The translations under genes were made by a program, and so were the position numbers. Below, one piece after another: positions 9,006-21,115 of a stretch of 64,000 nucleotides of DNA (positions are counted from its first letter, which is position 1; each line of letters begins with the position of its first letter). Source of the DNA: an uncultured delta proteobacterium (lineage in GTDB: Bacteria > Myxococcota > UBA727 > VGSZ01); assembly GCA_963775425.1 (NCBI GenBank), contig CAVZJB010000008.1, forward strand, positions 96,001-160,000. Direction: 5' to 3'. The notes beneath the pieces were generated by a model. It saw only the letters and a list, made by a program, of their open reading frames with translations, did not search any database and had not been told where the DNA came from.

Positions 9006-11123
9006 CTACTTGGCTTTGGCGATCTGCTCCTTGGCGATGGCCGCGACGCGCTCGGGCGTGAAGCCGAACTTCTTCTGCAGCTCCTTCAGCGGCGCGGAGG
9101 CCCCGAAGGTCTTCATGCCGATGATGGTGCCGCCGTCGCCCGCGTAGCGCTCCCAGCCGAAGGTGCTCGCCTGCTCCACGCAGACGCGCGCCTTCACCGA
9201 CGACGGAATGACGCTCTCCTTGTACTCGGCGCCCTGGTGCTCGAAGAGCTCCCACGACGGCATCGACACGACGCGCGACTTCACGCCCGCCGCCTTGAGC
9301 TGCTCATGCGCCGCGACGCAGAGCGAGACCTCGGAGCCGGTGGCGATGAGCAGCACGTCGGGCTTGCCGCCGCTCCCCGGGTCGGAGTCGGCGAGGACGT
9401 AGGCGCCCTTGGCCACGCCCTCCGCGGAGCCGTACTTGGTGCGGTCGAGCGTGGGCAGGTTCTGGCGGGTGAGGATGAGCGCCACGGGCTCGTGCCGCAG
9501 CTTCATGATCACCTTCCACGCCTCCACCACCTCGTTGGCGTCCGCGGGCCGCATGGTGATGAGGCCGGGGATGGCGCGCAGCGAGGCGAGCTGCTCGATG
9601 GGCTGGTGCGTGGGCCCGTCCTCACCGACGCCGATGGAGTCGTGCGTGAAGATGTGGATGACGGGGATCTCCATGATGGCGCTCAGTCGGATGGCCGTGC
9701 GCGCGTAGTCGCTGAAGATGAGGAACTGCGAGCCGTAGGGCCGCACCTTGGACAGCGACATGCCGTTCAGCGCCGCGTGCATCGCGTGCTCGCGGATGCC
9801 GAAGTGCATGTTGCGGCCCGCGCGGTCGCCCATGCCCGAGTCCGGCGGCATGAAGTCGCCGGCGCCCTCGAAGGTGAGCCGCGTCTTCGTCGACGGCGCC
9901 AGGTCCGCCGAGCCGCCCATGAGGAACGGGATGTTCTTGGCGAGCTGGTTCAGCACCTGCGCGCTGGCCACGCGGCCGGCGATGCCCTTGGCGTCCGCGG
10001 CGAACGTCGGCAGCTCCTTGTCCCAGTCCTCGGGGAGGGCGCGCCGCTGCATGCGCTCCAGCGTGTCGGCGAGCTGCGGGTGCTTCTCCTTGTAGTCGGC
10101 GAACTGGTCGAACCACTTGCGGCGCATCTCGCCGCCGCGCTTGCCGATGCCGTCCTTGAAGGTGCTGAGCACGTCCTCGGGCACGAGGAACTTGGCGTCC
10201 TCGGGCCAGCCGTAGTTCTTCTTGGTGAGGCGGATCTCCTCTTCGCCGAGCGGCTCGCCGTGGGCGGAGTGGGTGTCCTGCTTGTTGGGCGAGCCCCACG
10301 CGATGTGGCTGTCGACGATGATGAGCGTGGGCCGCCCCTTCGTCTGCTTGAAGGTGCGCAGCGCGCGGCGGAGCATGTTGAGGTCGTTGGCGTCGCCGAC
10401 GCGGGTGACGTTCCAGCCGTAGCCGATGAAGCGGGTGGCGACGTCCTCGGAGAAGGCCCACGCGGTGTGGCCCTCGATGGTGATCTTGTTGTTGTCGTAG
10501 ATCCAGCACAGGTTGTCGAGCTGCTGGTGCGCCGCGAGCGACGCCGCCTCGCCGGAGATGCCCTCCATCATGCAGCCGTCGCCGGCGACGGCGTAGACGT
10601 CGTAGTCGAACATCTCGAAGCCGGGACGGTTGAACGTGGCCGCCTGCCACTTGGCGGCGATGGCCATGCCCACCGACGTGGCCACGCCCTGGCCGAGGGG
10701 CCCGGTGGTGGTCTCGATGCCCGACGTCCAGCGGTACTCGGGGTGGCCCGGGCAGCGGCTGTCGAGCTGGCGGAAGCGCTTGATGTCGTCGAGCGGCACC
10801 GACAGCTCGCCGAGGCGCTCGTACTTGGAGTTCACCGCCTTCACCTGCGCGAGGTGGAGCATCGAGTACAGGAGCATCGAGGCGTGACCGCAGGACAGCA
10901 CGAAGCGGTCGCGGTTCGGCCAGATGGGGTCCTCGGGATCGAAGCGCAGTTGGTCGTTCCACAGCGTGTACGCCACGGGCGCCAAAGCCATGGCCGTGCC
11001 CGGGTGCCCGGAGTTGGCCGCCTGCACCGCGTCCATGGACAGGGTGCGGATGGTGTTGACGGCCTTCTGCTCGGCCGCCTCGTGGGCCTTGTCGGCCTCG
11101 ATCTTCGCTCGCTCGTTGCCCAT
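9006..11123 (-). CDS. tkt: Transketolase
   Basis: ANSGHPG, RDRFVLSCGH, TTGPLGQG, GDGCMMEG, THDSIGVGEDGPTHQP. Confidence 0.97.
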   Translation of the reverse strand: MGNERAKIEADKAHEAAEQKAVNTIRTLSMDAVQAANSGHPGTAMALAPVAYTLWNDQLRFDPEDPIWPNRDRFVLSCGHASMLLYSMLHLAQVKAVNSKYERLGELSVPLDDIKRFRQLDSRCPGHPEYRWTSGIETTTGPLGQGVATSVGMAIAAKWQAATFNRPGFEMFDYDVYAVAGDGCMMEGISGEAASLAAHQQLDNLCWIYDNNKITIEGHTAWAFSEDVATRFIGYGWNVTRVGDANDLNMLRRALRTFKQTKGRPTLIIVDSHIAWGSPNKQDTHSAHGEPLGEEEIRLTKKNYGWPEDAKFLVPEDVLSTFKDGIGKRGGEMRRKWFDQFADYKEKHPQLADTLERMQRRALPEDWDKELPTFAADAKGIAGRVASAQVLNQLAKNIPFLMGGSADLAPSTKTRLTFEGAGDFMPPDSGMGDRAGRNMHFGIREHAMHAALNGMSLSKVRPYGSQFLIFSDYARTAIRLSAIMEIPVIHIFTHDSIGVGEDGPTHQPIEQLASLRAIPGLITMRPADANEVVEAWKVIMKLRHEPVALILTRQNLPTLDRTKYGSAEGVAKGAYVLADSDPGSGGKPDVLLIATGSEVSLCVAAHEQLKAAGVKSRVVSMPSWELFEHQGAEYKESVIPSSVKARVCVEQASTFGWERYAGDGGTIIGMKTFGASAPLKELQKKFGFTPERVAAIAKEQIAKAK

Positions 11124-11265
11124 CGTGGTGATCTCCTGGATGCTGGACCGCGCGTGGCGGCGCCGGAGGGTCCGCCGCCCGTCCGCCCGGTGTCAACCGT
11201 CCCCGTGGCCCGCCTCCCCCGGGCGGTCGTCGACGGGGGGGCGCCACGTCGCTAGCATCCGGGCC

Positions 11266-12957
11266 ATGCTCGACCGCTTGTTCGGCCCCTCGCCCGGTGA
11301 GGACGCGCTCGCCCAGGCATGGGCCGGCTTTCGGTCCACCGCGCAGCTCGGCGCGCTCTCCTCGGTCTTGTTCGGCGGCATCTACCTCGCCCTCGGCGCC
11401 TACACCGCCGGGACGATCACGCTCGGCGCGGCCGCGGTGTTCTTCGCGCTGCGCTTCGTCGTGCCGCCCCGCCGCGTGGAGCTCGGCCTCACGCTCGTCG
11501 TCGTCGTCGCCCTCGTGGGCTTCGCCGGCGTCGCGCGCGACCTCGGCGGCATGACGTCGCCGCCGGTGGTGTGGATGCCGCTCCTGCTGCGCTCCACCTA
11601 CAGCGTGGTGGGCCGCCGCGTCGCGGTGGTCGGGGCGGGGCTCACCGCCGTCGCCGTCTTCGTCATCTTCGTCACCGAGCGGCCGCCGGTGCTGCCGCCG
11701 TTGACCCTCGACATCGTCCGCGGCGTCAGCGTGGTCACGGCGCTGGTCTCCGCGCTCATCGGGGCAGCGCGCCACGAGCGCTCGCGCGAGCGCGCCAGCG
11801 CCGTCCTCGCGCGCGCCCGCGACGACGCCTTCGCCGCCAGCCGCCTCAAGGGCGAGCTCGTCGCCACGGTGTCGCACGAGCTGCGCACGCCGCTGAACGC
11901 CATCGTGGGCATGACCGGCATCCTGGAGAAGTCCCCGCTCGACGAGCAGCAGCGGGAGTACACGCGCGTCGTCCGCGGCGCCGCCGAGACCCTCGTCACC
12001 CTCGTGGACGACCTGCTCGAGACCAGCCGCCTCGAAGCCGGCCGCGTGGGGTTGCAGGCGGTGCCGTTCGAGCTGCGCGCCCTGGCCGACCCCGTCGTCG
12101 ACATGCTCGCGCCCCGCGCGAGGGCCAAGGGCCTCGTGCTGGCGCTCGAGGCGCCCGCGTCGCTGCCGCGCGTCGTCGGCGACGCCGGCCGGCTGCGCCA
12201 GGTCGTGACCAACCTCATCGACAACGCCGTGAAGTTCACCTCCGCCGGCCGCGTCGACGTCAAGATCGCCGCCAGCCCCGTCGACGCCGCCGCGCCCAAG
12301 GAAGGCGCGGTGCGGGTCTGCATCACGGTGGCGGACACCGGCATCGGCATCCCCCCGGACAAGCTGCCCGTCATCTTCGAGCGCTTCCGACAGGCGGACA
12401 GCTCGATGACCCGCCGCTACGGCGGCACCGGGCTCGGCCTCGCCATCGCCCGCGACCTCGTCACGCTCATGGGGGGCACATTGGTGGCGACGTCGGAGCC
12501 GGGGCACGGCTCGGTGTTCACGGCCTCGTGCGTCCTGCCGCGGGCGCCGGCGGCCGCGTCGTTGCAGGGGACGCGGGTGTTGCTCGCCGAGGACAACGCC
12601 GTGAACCAGCGGCTCGCGGAGCACCTGCTGACGAGCCTCGGCTGCACCGTCGACGTCGCCCACAACGGCAGCGAGGCCGTCAGCATGGCGCAGAGCGGCG
12701 CCTACGACGTCATCCTCATGGACTGTCACATGCCCGAGATGGACGGCTACCGCGCCGCCACCGCCATCCGCCGCGCCGCGGGCTCCACGCGCGTGGGGCG
12801 CGCGCCCCCCATCCTCGCGCTCACCGCCGCGGGCTCGGCGGAGGATGTGCGCCGTGCACGCGAGGCGGGCATGGACGAGCTGCTCCAGAAGCCGATTGAC
12901 GTCGAAGGGATCCGCGCGTCTCTGGGCCGTGTGGTGGGGGCGCGCGCGCCCAAATAG
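11266..12957 (+). CDS. Hybrid sensor histidine kinase/response regulator
   Basis: TM sensor; SHELRTPLN; NLIDNAVKFT; DTGIGI; GGTGLGL; receiver LMDCHMP. Confidence 0.93.
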   Translation: MLDRLFGPSPGEDALAQAWAGFRSTAQLGALSSVLFGGIYLALGAYTAGTITLGAAAVFFALRFVVPPRRVELGLTLVVVVALVGFAGVARDLGGMTSPPVVWMPLLLRSTYSVVGRRVAVVGAGLTAVAVFVIFVTERPPVLPPLTLDIVRGVSVVTALVSALIGAARHERSRERASAVLARARDDAFAASRLKGELVATVSHELRTPLNAIVGMTGILEKSPLDEQQREYTRVVRGAAETLVTLVDDLLETSRLEAGRVGLQAVPFELRALADPVVDMLAPRARAKGLVLALEAPASLPRVVGDAGRLRQVVTNLIDNAVKFTSAGRVDVKIAASPVDAAAPKEGAVRVCITVADTGIGIPPDKLPVIFERFRQADSSMTRRYGGTGLGLAIARDLVTLMGGTLVATSEPGHGSVFTASCVLPRAPAAASLQGTRVLLAEDNAVNQRLAEHLLTSLGCTVDVAHNGSEAVSMAQSGAYDVILMDCHMPEMDGYRAATAIRRAAGSTRVGRAPPILALTAAGSAEDVRRAREAGMDELLQKPIDVEGIRASLGRVVGARAPK

Positions 12958-13034
12958 CCGCCGGCCATCGCCGGCAAAGCGACCGGACAAATACGCACTT
13001 TGATGCGCGGGCGGGCCTCTGCTAGAGGAGGCGG

Positions 13035-13427
13035 GTGGCCGATACAGCCAAGACCGAGCGGGCGATGGTCCTCGTGGTGGAGGACGACCCCACGCTGCGC
13101 AAGATGATCTGCAAGCACCTCGACAAGATGGGCTGCGCGGTCACCGACGTCGACAACGGCGAAGCCGCGCTGCGCTGGCTCGACGAAAACCCGCTGCCCG
13201 GTCTCGTGTGCCTCGACCTCGCGCTGCCCGCGATGAGCGGCTTTCGGGTGTGCGAGACCATTCGCTCCTCTTCGCGCACCAAGAGCGTTCCTGTCCTCGT
13301 CATCACCGCGCGCACCAGCGTGCAGGACCACACCTTCGCGCTCGAGATGGGCGCCGACTCGTTCCTGGAGAAGCCCTTCAAGCTGAAGGACCTCGAGAAC
13401 GAGGTCCGCACCCTGATCGCGGGCTAG
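13035..13427 (+). CDS. Single-domain response regulator (receiver)
   Basis: VLVVEDD, LDLALP, ITA, KPF motifs. Confidence 0.9.
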   Translation: MADTAKTERAMVLVVEDDPTLRKMICKHLDKMGCAVTDVDNGEAALRWLDENPLPGLVCLDLALPAMSGFRVCETIRSSSRTKSVPVLVITARTSVQDHTFALEMGADSFLEKPFKLKDLENEVRTLIAG

Positions 13428-13434
13428 CGCGGCG

Positions 13435-14235
13435 ATGCTCGAGCGGGTGCCGTTCGGCCGCATCCACGCGCACGCGGTGACGTTCGACGGCGCGGTCTCG
13501 GAGATCGTCGAGCTCTGCCGGGCCGGCGCCGGCGGCATCGTCGTCACGCCCAACGTCGACCATGTGGTGATCGCGGAGCACGACGACGCGTTGGTGGCGG
13601 CGTACGACGGCGCCGCGCTCTCGCTCGCAGACGGAAAGCCGCTCATCTGGTTGTCGCGCGCCATGGGGAGCCCGCTGCCCGCGAAGGTCTCGGGCAGCGA
13701 CCTCGCGCTCCCGTTGTGTGCGCGCGCGGCCCGCGAGGGGCTGAGCGTGTTCCTCCTCGGGGCCAAGGACGGCGTCGGCGCGCGCGCAGCCGAAGTGCTC
13801 GAGCGCGCGTGCCCGGGGCTCGTGGTCGCCGGGGTGCTGTCGCCGCCGCTGGGCTTCGACAAAGATCCCGCCGCCGACGCCGCCGTGGTGCGCGCGGTGC
13901 GCGACGCGAAGCCCGCGCTCGTGTTGGTGGCGCTCGGGGCGCCGCGCCAGGAGCTGTGGATGCACGCGCACAAGGCCGAGCTCGCGCCCGCGGTGCTCCT
14001 CGGCGTCGGCGGCACCCTCGACTTCCTCGCCGGCGAGGTGAAGCGGGCCCCGTCGTGGATGTCCGACAACGGCCTCGAGTGGCTGTACCGCCTCGCGCAG
14101 CAGCCGCGGCGTATGGCCGGCCGGTACCTGGTCCGCGATCGCGCGTTCGCGGGCATTGCGCTGCGTGCCCTGCGCACCTCCCGCCGATGGTCTCGACGTG
14201 GGACAGGCGGCGCCGATCACAGCCGCGGCCGTTGA
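13435..14235 (+). CDS. WecB/TagA/CpsF (GT26) glycosyltransferase
   Basis: VVTPNVDH, ADGKPL, VSGSDL, LGAPRQELW, GVGG, KRAP, LEWLYRL. Confidence 0.93.
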   Translation: MLERVPFGRIHAHAVTFDGAVSEIVELCRAGAGGIVVTPNVDHVVIAEHDDALVAAYDGAALSLADGKPLIWLSRAMGSPLPAKVSGSDLALPLCARAAREGLSVFLLGAKDGVGARAAEVLERACPGLVVAGVLSPPLGFDKDPAADAAVVRAVRDAKPALVLVALGAPRQELWMHAHKAELAPAVLLGVGGTLDFLAGEVKRAPSWMSDNGLEWLYRLAQQPRRMAGRYLVRDRAFAGIALRALRTSRRWSRRGTGGADHSRGR

Positions 14236-14287
14236 GATCGGACAATAGTTCGGCCAAGAGGCCTCGTCGCAAAGGTATGACGCGACT

Positions 14288-15685
14288 GTGAACAGCTCGT
14301 TGGACAAGTTGACGCCCGGTTGGCCCGCGAAGTTGAACCTCGCGTTCGACCTCGTCGTGCTGTTCGGCGCCGGCCTCCTCGCGCTGCAGGGCCCGGATGA
14401 CCCCCGCTACGCGTCGCTGGCGCTCGTCGGCCTCGCCATCTGGTTGTTCGGCGCGGCGGTGTTGCGGCTGTACTCGCCGACCACCGCGCGCAGCAACGTC
14501 GACCACCTGACCCTCACGCTGCTCCTCGTCATCGGCGTGAGCGGCTCCTTGTATTTCTGGGAGCGCATCGGTCTGCCCGACGCGCACCGGTTCTCCGTGG
14601 CGTCGTTCGGCATCGTGGTGCTCACGTGGACCATGGCCGGCCGCGTGCTCGTGTTCCAACCGCTGCGCGCCGTGGCCGGCCCCGTCGACGAGGTGCTCAT
14701 CTGCGGCGTCGGGCCGTCGGCGGTGGCGACGGCGCACAAGCTCCAGAAGAAGGCGGGTGGCAGGCGCTTCCAGGTCGTCGGCTTCCTCGCGTTCGAGGGC
14801 GAGCAGGCGCACCCGAGCATCTCGCGCGGCGGCGGCGCGCCCATCCTCGGGAAGGCCGGCGACCTCCTGACGGTGCTCGAGTCGCGCCCGGTGGGCGAGG
14901 TGTACATCGCGGGCCGCACGCTGGTGCACGGCAGCGAGATGCAGCGCATCGTGCGCGCCTGCGAGGAGATCGGCGTCCCCTTCGCGCTGCCGGTGCACGC
15001 GCTGCAGTTCGAGCGGGCGCGGCTGCTGTCGTCGTCCTCGTCATCGGACGGTTACCTGCACTACATCTCCACCGACACGCGGCCGGTGCAGTACGCCGTG
15101 AAGCGCCTCGTGGACATCGTGTGCTCGGCGTTCGCGCTGGTGGTGCTGTCGCCGCTGTTGCTGCTGGTGGCCGCGCTGACCCGCCTGGAGTCGCCCGGGC
15201 CCATCCTGTTCAAACAGGTCCGCGTCGGGCTCCACGGCGCGAGCTTCAACCTCCTCAAGTTCCGCTCCATGGTCGCGAACGCCGACGCCATGAAGGACAA
15301 GCTCCTCGAGAAGAACGAGCAGACCGGGCCCGTGTTCAAGATGAAGCACGACCCGCGGGTCACGCGCGTGGGTCGCGTCATCCGCAAGTTCTCCATCGAC
15401 GAGCTGCCGCAGCTCGTGAACATCCTGCGCGGCGACATGACCATCGTCGGCCCGCGCCCCGCGGTGCCGCGCGAGGTCGCGCAGTACAAGCTCTGGCAGC
15501 GCCGCCGCCTCTCGGTGCGCCCCGGGCTCACCTGCTACTGGCAGGTGAGCGGCCGCAACGAGATCGGCTTCGAGGAGTGGATGCAGCTCGACCTGCGCTA
15601 CGTCGACAACTGGTCGTTGAAGGTCGACGCCGAGCTGATCCTGAAGACCTTCCCCGTCGTCGTCTTCGGCAGGGGCGCGAGCTGA
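14288..15685 (+). CDS. Polyprenyl-phosphate glycosylphosphotransferase (WcaJ/EpsZ-like priming enzyme)
   Basis: KRLVDI, KFRSM, DPRVTRVG, DELPQL, GPRP, PGLTCYWQVSGR, DLRY. Confidence 0.93.
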   Translation: MNSSLDKLTPGWPAKLNLAFDLVVLFGAGLLALQGPDDPRYASLALVGLAIWLFGAAVLRLYSPTTARSNVDHLTLTLLLVIGVSGSLYFWERIGLPDAHRFSVASFGIVVLTWTMAGRVLVFQPLRAVAGPVDEVLICGVGPSAVATAHKLQKKAGGRRFQVVGFLAFEGEQAHPSISRGGGAPILGKAGDLLTVLESRPVGEVYIAGRTLVHGSEMQRIVRACEEIGVPFALPVHALQFERARLLSSSSSSDGYLHYISTDTRPVQYAVKRLVDIVCSAFALVVLSPLLLLVAALTRLESPGPILFKQVRVGLHGASFNLLKFRSMVANADAMKDKLLEKNEQTGPVFKMKHDPRVTRVGRVIRKFSIDELPQLVNILRGDMTIVGPRPAVPREVAQYKLWQRRRLSVRPGLTCYWQVSGRNEIGFEEWMQLDLRYVDNWSLKVDAELILKTFPVVVFGRGAS

Positions 15686-15689
15686 CTCA

Positions 15690-15715
15690 GCGACCGGAGG
15701 GAGCGGCGTCGCTGA

Positions 15716-15736
<21 letters not shown>
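15690..15736 (-). repeat. Two copies of 18-bp GCCGCTCCCTCCGGTCGC repeat
   Basis: Reverse-complement copies at 15690-15707 and 15719-15736; same unit as at 47727-47836. Confidence 0.8.
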
Positions 15737-17773
<2,037 letters not shown>

Positions 17774-17917
17774 GGGGGATCCTAGCGCGGACACGCGCAC
17801 GCTCGCCCCTCCCCCAAGAAGTCACCCCGCTCGCCCGGGCCAGACGTGCATGCTCGTCGACGAAGCGGCGCTTCGGTTCTTGGTTTCCGCGCGAGTGCCC
17901 TATGTTAGGTTCTCGCC

Positions 17918-18502
17918 GTGCGCGTGCTGTCTTTCTTCGCCGGCCTCGCCGTCGCGCTCGCATCGTGCGTGTCCGAGGGCCCCTATGTCTGGGTCGATGA
18001 TCTTCCGTCGAGCGCGCTCAAGCCCGCGCCCTACAAGGTGCAGACGGGCGACCGGTTGACCATCAACGTGTGGAACCAGGCGCCGCTGTCCGGCGAGGTG
18101 CTGGTGCGCCCCGACGGCAACCTCACGCTGCCGCTGGTGGGCGACGTCTTCGTGCTCGGCATGACGCCGCCACAGATCGCCGACGAGATCGCCAAGCGGC
18201 TCCACGGCCTGGTGGTCGATCCCCGTGTCGTCGTCAGCCTCGCCAACATGCGCGAGCCGCAGGTGTCCGTGGTCGGTGAGGTGCGCCAGGCGGGCGCGTA
18301 TCCGCTCCGGCCCGGCGAAGGTGTCATCGAGGTGATCGCGCGCGCCGGCGGCCTCAGCGAGTTCGCCGACCACGGCAAGATCTTCGTGGTCCGCCGCCGC
18401 GACGCGCTGCGTGTCCGCTTCAGCTACGAAAAGCTGCAGCGCGCCGACGGCGCCGCCGTGAAGTTCCTGCTCCAGGACGGCGACGTCGTCGTCGTCGAGT
18501 GA
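17918..18502 (+). CDS. Polysaccharide export (OPX/Wza-family) lipoprotein, short form
   Basis: Lipobox LAS-C; GDRLTINVW, VRPDGNLTLPLVG, VSVVGEV, AGGLSEFA, LQDGDVVVV. Confidence 0.9.
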   Translation: MRVLSFFAGLAVALASCVSEGPYVWVDDLPSSALKPAPYKVQTGDRLTINVWNQAPLSGEVLVRPDGNLTLPLVGDVFVLGMTPPQIADEIAKRLHGLVVDPRVVVSLANMREPQVSVVGEVRQAGAYPLRPGEGVIEVIARAGGLSEFADHGKIFVVRRRDALRVRFSYEKLQRADGAAVKFLLQDGDVVVVE

Positions 18503-18525
18503 CGGCGCGCCCCCCGCGCGAACGA

Positions 18526-19110
18526 CTACGGCTTCTTGTGGAACAGCTCGAGGTCGAGCTCGATCTGGATCTCGTCGCTCACGATGGCGCCGGCGTCGGC
18601 CGGGCCGGCCCAATCGAGCTTCCAGTCGTGGCGGTTGATCTTGGCGGTGGCGGAGAAGGCGCGGTGCGCGTTGCCGCCGGGATCCTTGAACTCGGGGCTC
18701 GGGCCGTTGACGTCGAGGACGACGGGCTTGGTGATGCCGTGCATGGTGAGGTTGCCGTGCACCTTGAGCGTGTCGGCGGCGGGGCCCTTCTCCACCTTGG
18801 TGGAGACGAAGGACATCTTGGGGAAGTTCTTGACGTCGAGGAAGTCCTTGGACTTCACGTGGGTGTCGCGCTTGTCGTTCTCGGTGGTGATGGAGGCGGG
18901 CACGATGGAGACCTCGACGTGGGACTTGGTGATGTCCTTCTCGTCGAGCGTGACCTTGCCGCTCCAGCTCTCGAACCGGCCGTGGACCTTGGTGAACACG
19001 AGGTGCTTGGCCACGAAGCCCACCATGGAGTGGCCCGTGTCGATGTCCCAGGTCGAGGCGGCCGCAGGGGTGGCGAGGGCGAGGGCGAGGACGGCGATGA
19101 GGGAGCGCAT
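18526..19110 (-). CDS. YceI family periplasmic protein
   Basis: WDIDTGHS.VGF..KHL, SITTEN.KRDTH.KS.DFLD, GNLTMHGITKPV. Confidence 0.92.
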   Translation of the reverse strand: MRSLIAVLALALATPAAASTWDIDTGHSMVGFVAKHLVFTKVHGRFESWSGKVTLDEKDITKSHVEVSIVPASITTENDKRDTHVKSKDFLDVKNFPKMSFVSTKVEKGPAADTLKVHGNLTMHGITKPVVLDVNGPSPEFKDPGGNAHRAFSATAKINRHDWKLDWAGPADAGAIVSDEIQIELDLELFHKKP

Positions 19111-19234
19111 GGGGGGTATCTCCGGAAGGTTGGTGCGCGTTGTACGATGAAACCCGACCGGCTGTGACGCAAACGCGCCAAACCGGTGATGGGGGCCGAT
19201 ATACTCTGCGTCCATACATCCCGGGGAGCACGCC

Positions 19235-20977
19235 GTGGCGATCAGGAAGGTCCAGCAACAGCCCAAGGTCGCGCAAAAGCAGACGATTCCCGATCAGCAG
19301 GACGCGCTCGCGGCCCTGAAGGGCCAGGTCGACCGCGCGCTCAAGGACGGCAACTTCTCCCAGAAGGAGACCCGGGATCTGCAGGAGGCGCTCAAGGCGC
19401 GCCCGGACCTCAAGGCCGGCGTCGGCGCCCACCTGCAGTCTGAGCTGCAACGACTGCAGGACGCCGGCACCCCGGTGTCCGTCTCCGAGGTGGCGCTGTC
19501 CAAGCTCGGCCAGTCCGTCGGCCTCGACCTCAAGGAGCTGTTCTTCCGCCGTCAGGCGCAGTCCGGCGTCGTCGATCACGAGGTCGCGCAGGGGCTCGAC
19601 AAGACCGCCAAGACCGTCGGCGACGAGCACGACGTCGGAAAGCACAAGGCCGCCAGCGACACGCGCCTCGACATGCAAAAGGCCATCCTCGACGGCAAGA
19701 AGGGCGTCGTGGACCGCCCCGTCGGCGGCGCGAAGGGCAAGGCGTACGACGCCGCCGTCACGCTCGCGGAGCACGTCGAGGGCAAGCTCGACGAGCACCT
19801 CGGCGTCGAGGCCAAGGCCGCCAAGGACGTGCTGCGCGAGCCGCTGATCTCCACCGGCACCGCCGTCGTCGCCGAGATGAAGAGGGGCGACACGCTGAAG
19901 AAGCTCGGCGACGCCGTCTCCACGTTCGGCAAGCCCGGCTTCGGCGAGGCCCTCTCCGACGCCGCCTCCTCCGTCGGCGGCGACATCGTCAACGCGACCC
20001 ACATGACGGCCGTCGACACCGACGCGGTGAAGGCGTTCGTGGGCGGGACCACCTCCACGGTGGACAGGCTCAGCGCGCTCACCAAGGGCACCAAGCTCGA
20101 GGCGGCGGTGGCACAGCACGGCGGCAAGCTCGTCGAGGGCGTCACCGAGCTCGGCGCGAAGGTCACGCAGGGCGCCAAGGTCGCCACCGAGGGCGCCAAG
20201 GTCGCGTCCACGGCGTCGACGGCCGCGCAGGTGGGCACGGCGGCCGCCGAGGGCGCGCAGGTGGCCACGGCAGGGGCGGAGGCGGCGGGGCAGACGGTGC
20301 CCATCGTCGGCCAGGCGCTCGGCGTCGTCACCACGGGCCTCGCCACCGCGGAATTCATCGGGCACTGCCGCGGCAAGCCGAAGGACTGGAAGCGCATCGT
20401 CAGCGCCGGCGCCAACCTCATCGGGCAGGCCGTCGGCGTCTTCATCCCCTTCGTCGGCGCCGCCACCACCGCGGGCAAGCTCGCCGCGGACGCGGCGATG
20501 AACGCGCACGACAAGAAGGCCGGCAGGGAGCCGCCGCAGGTCGGCCTCGGCCAGGTGGCCCCCCACGTCGACAGCGCCACGTCGCTGTTGTCGCCGTTCC
20601 TCGACGCCGCCGGCTACGGCGACGCCGCGGGCAAGCTGCGCAACTACAACGAGCAGCTCAAGAAGCTCGGCGACAAGGGCGTGAGCTCGACGGAATTTGC
20701 GCAGATGAAGCCCGCCGAGCGCGACGAGATGATGCAGATGCTCGCCGCCGCCGGGCTCGAGCTCGAGAAGGTCGCGCCCGAGGCCAAGGGCACACCCTAC
20801 GAAGCGTCGGCGACGCTCCTCGGCGAGGGCTTCCGCCAGCTCATGGGCCTGTGGCGCAAGTCGAAGAACATCGACGCCGCCGACGATCCCGAGGCGGAGA
20901 AGAAGAAGGCCGCCGGCGAGGCCATGGAGGCGGCGGCCAAGGCCACCGTCGCCGAGGCCGCGGCCAACACGCCGTAG
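19235..20977 (+). CDS. Hypothetical Ala/Lys-rich helical protein with central hydrophobic hairpin, no signal peptide
   Basis: 580-aa ORF with GC3-biased codons, RBS GGAG; segments VPIVGQALGVVTTGLA and LIGQAVGVFIPFVGAA. Confidence 0.75.
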   Translation: MAIRKVQQQPKVAQKQTIPDQQDALAALKGQVDRALKDGNFSQKETRDLQEALKARPDLKAGVGAHLQSELQRLQDAGTPVSVSEVALSKLGQSVGLDLKELFFRRQAQSGVVDHEVAQGLDKTAKTVGDEHDVGKHKAASDTRLDMQKAILDGKKGVVDRPVGGAKGKAYDAAVTLAEHVEGKLDEHLGVEAKAAKDVLREPLISTGTAVVAEMKRGDTLKKLGDAVSTFGKPGFGEALSDAASSVGGDIVNATHMTAVDTDAVKAFVGGTTSTVDRLSALTKGTKLEAAVAQHGGKLVEGVTELGAKVTQGAKVATEGAKVASTASTAAQVGTAAAEGAQVATAGAEAAGQTVPIVGQALGVVTTGLATAEFIGHCRGKPKDWKRIVSAGANLIGQAVGVFIPFVGAATTAGKLAADAAMNAHDKKAGREPPQVGLGQVAPHVDSATSLLSPFLDAAGYGDAAGKLRNYNEQLKKLGDKGVSSTEFAQMKPAERDEMMQMLAAAGLELEKVAPEAKGTPYEASATLLGEGFRQLMGLWRKSKNIDAADDPEAEKKKAAGEAMEAAAKATVAEAAANTP

Positions 20978-21115
20978 CGCGCGGCCTACAAACGGCGCCC
21001 GAAATTCGTCACGCGGCCGCTCGCTCCGGTCGCAACTCCCATCGCCCCGGGGGGTGGCGCATCTGCGACCATTCGCGCTAGATCGTCGACACACTTCGAT
21101 CGTGGGAGGAGCGGG

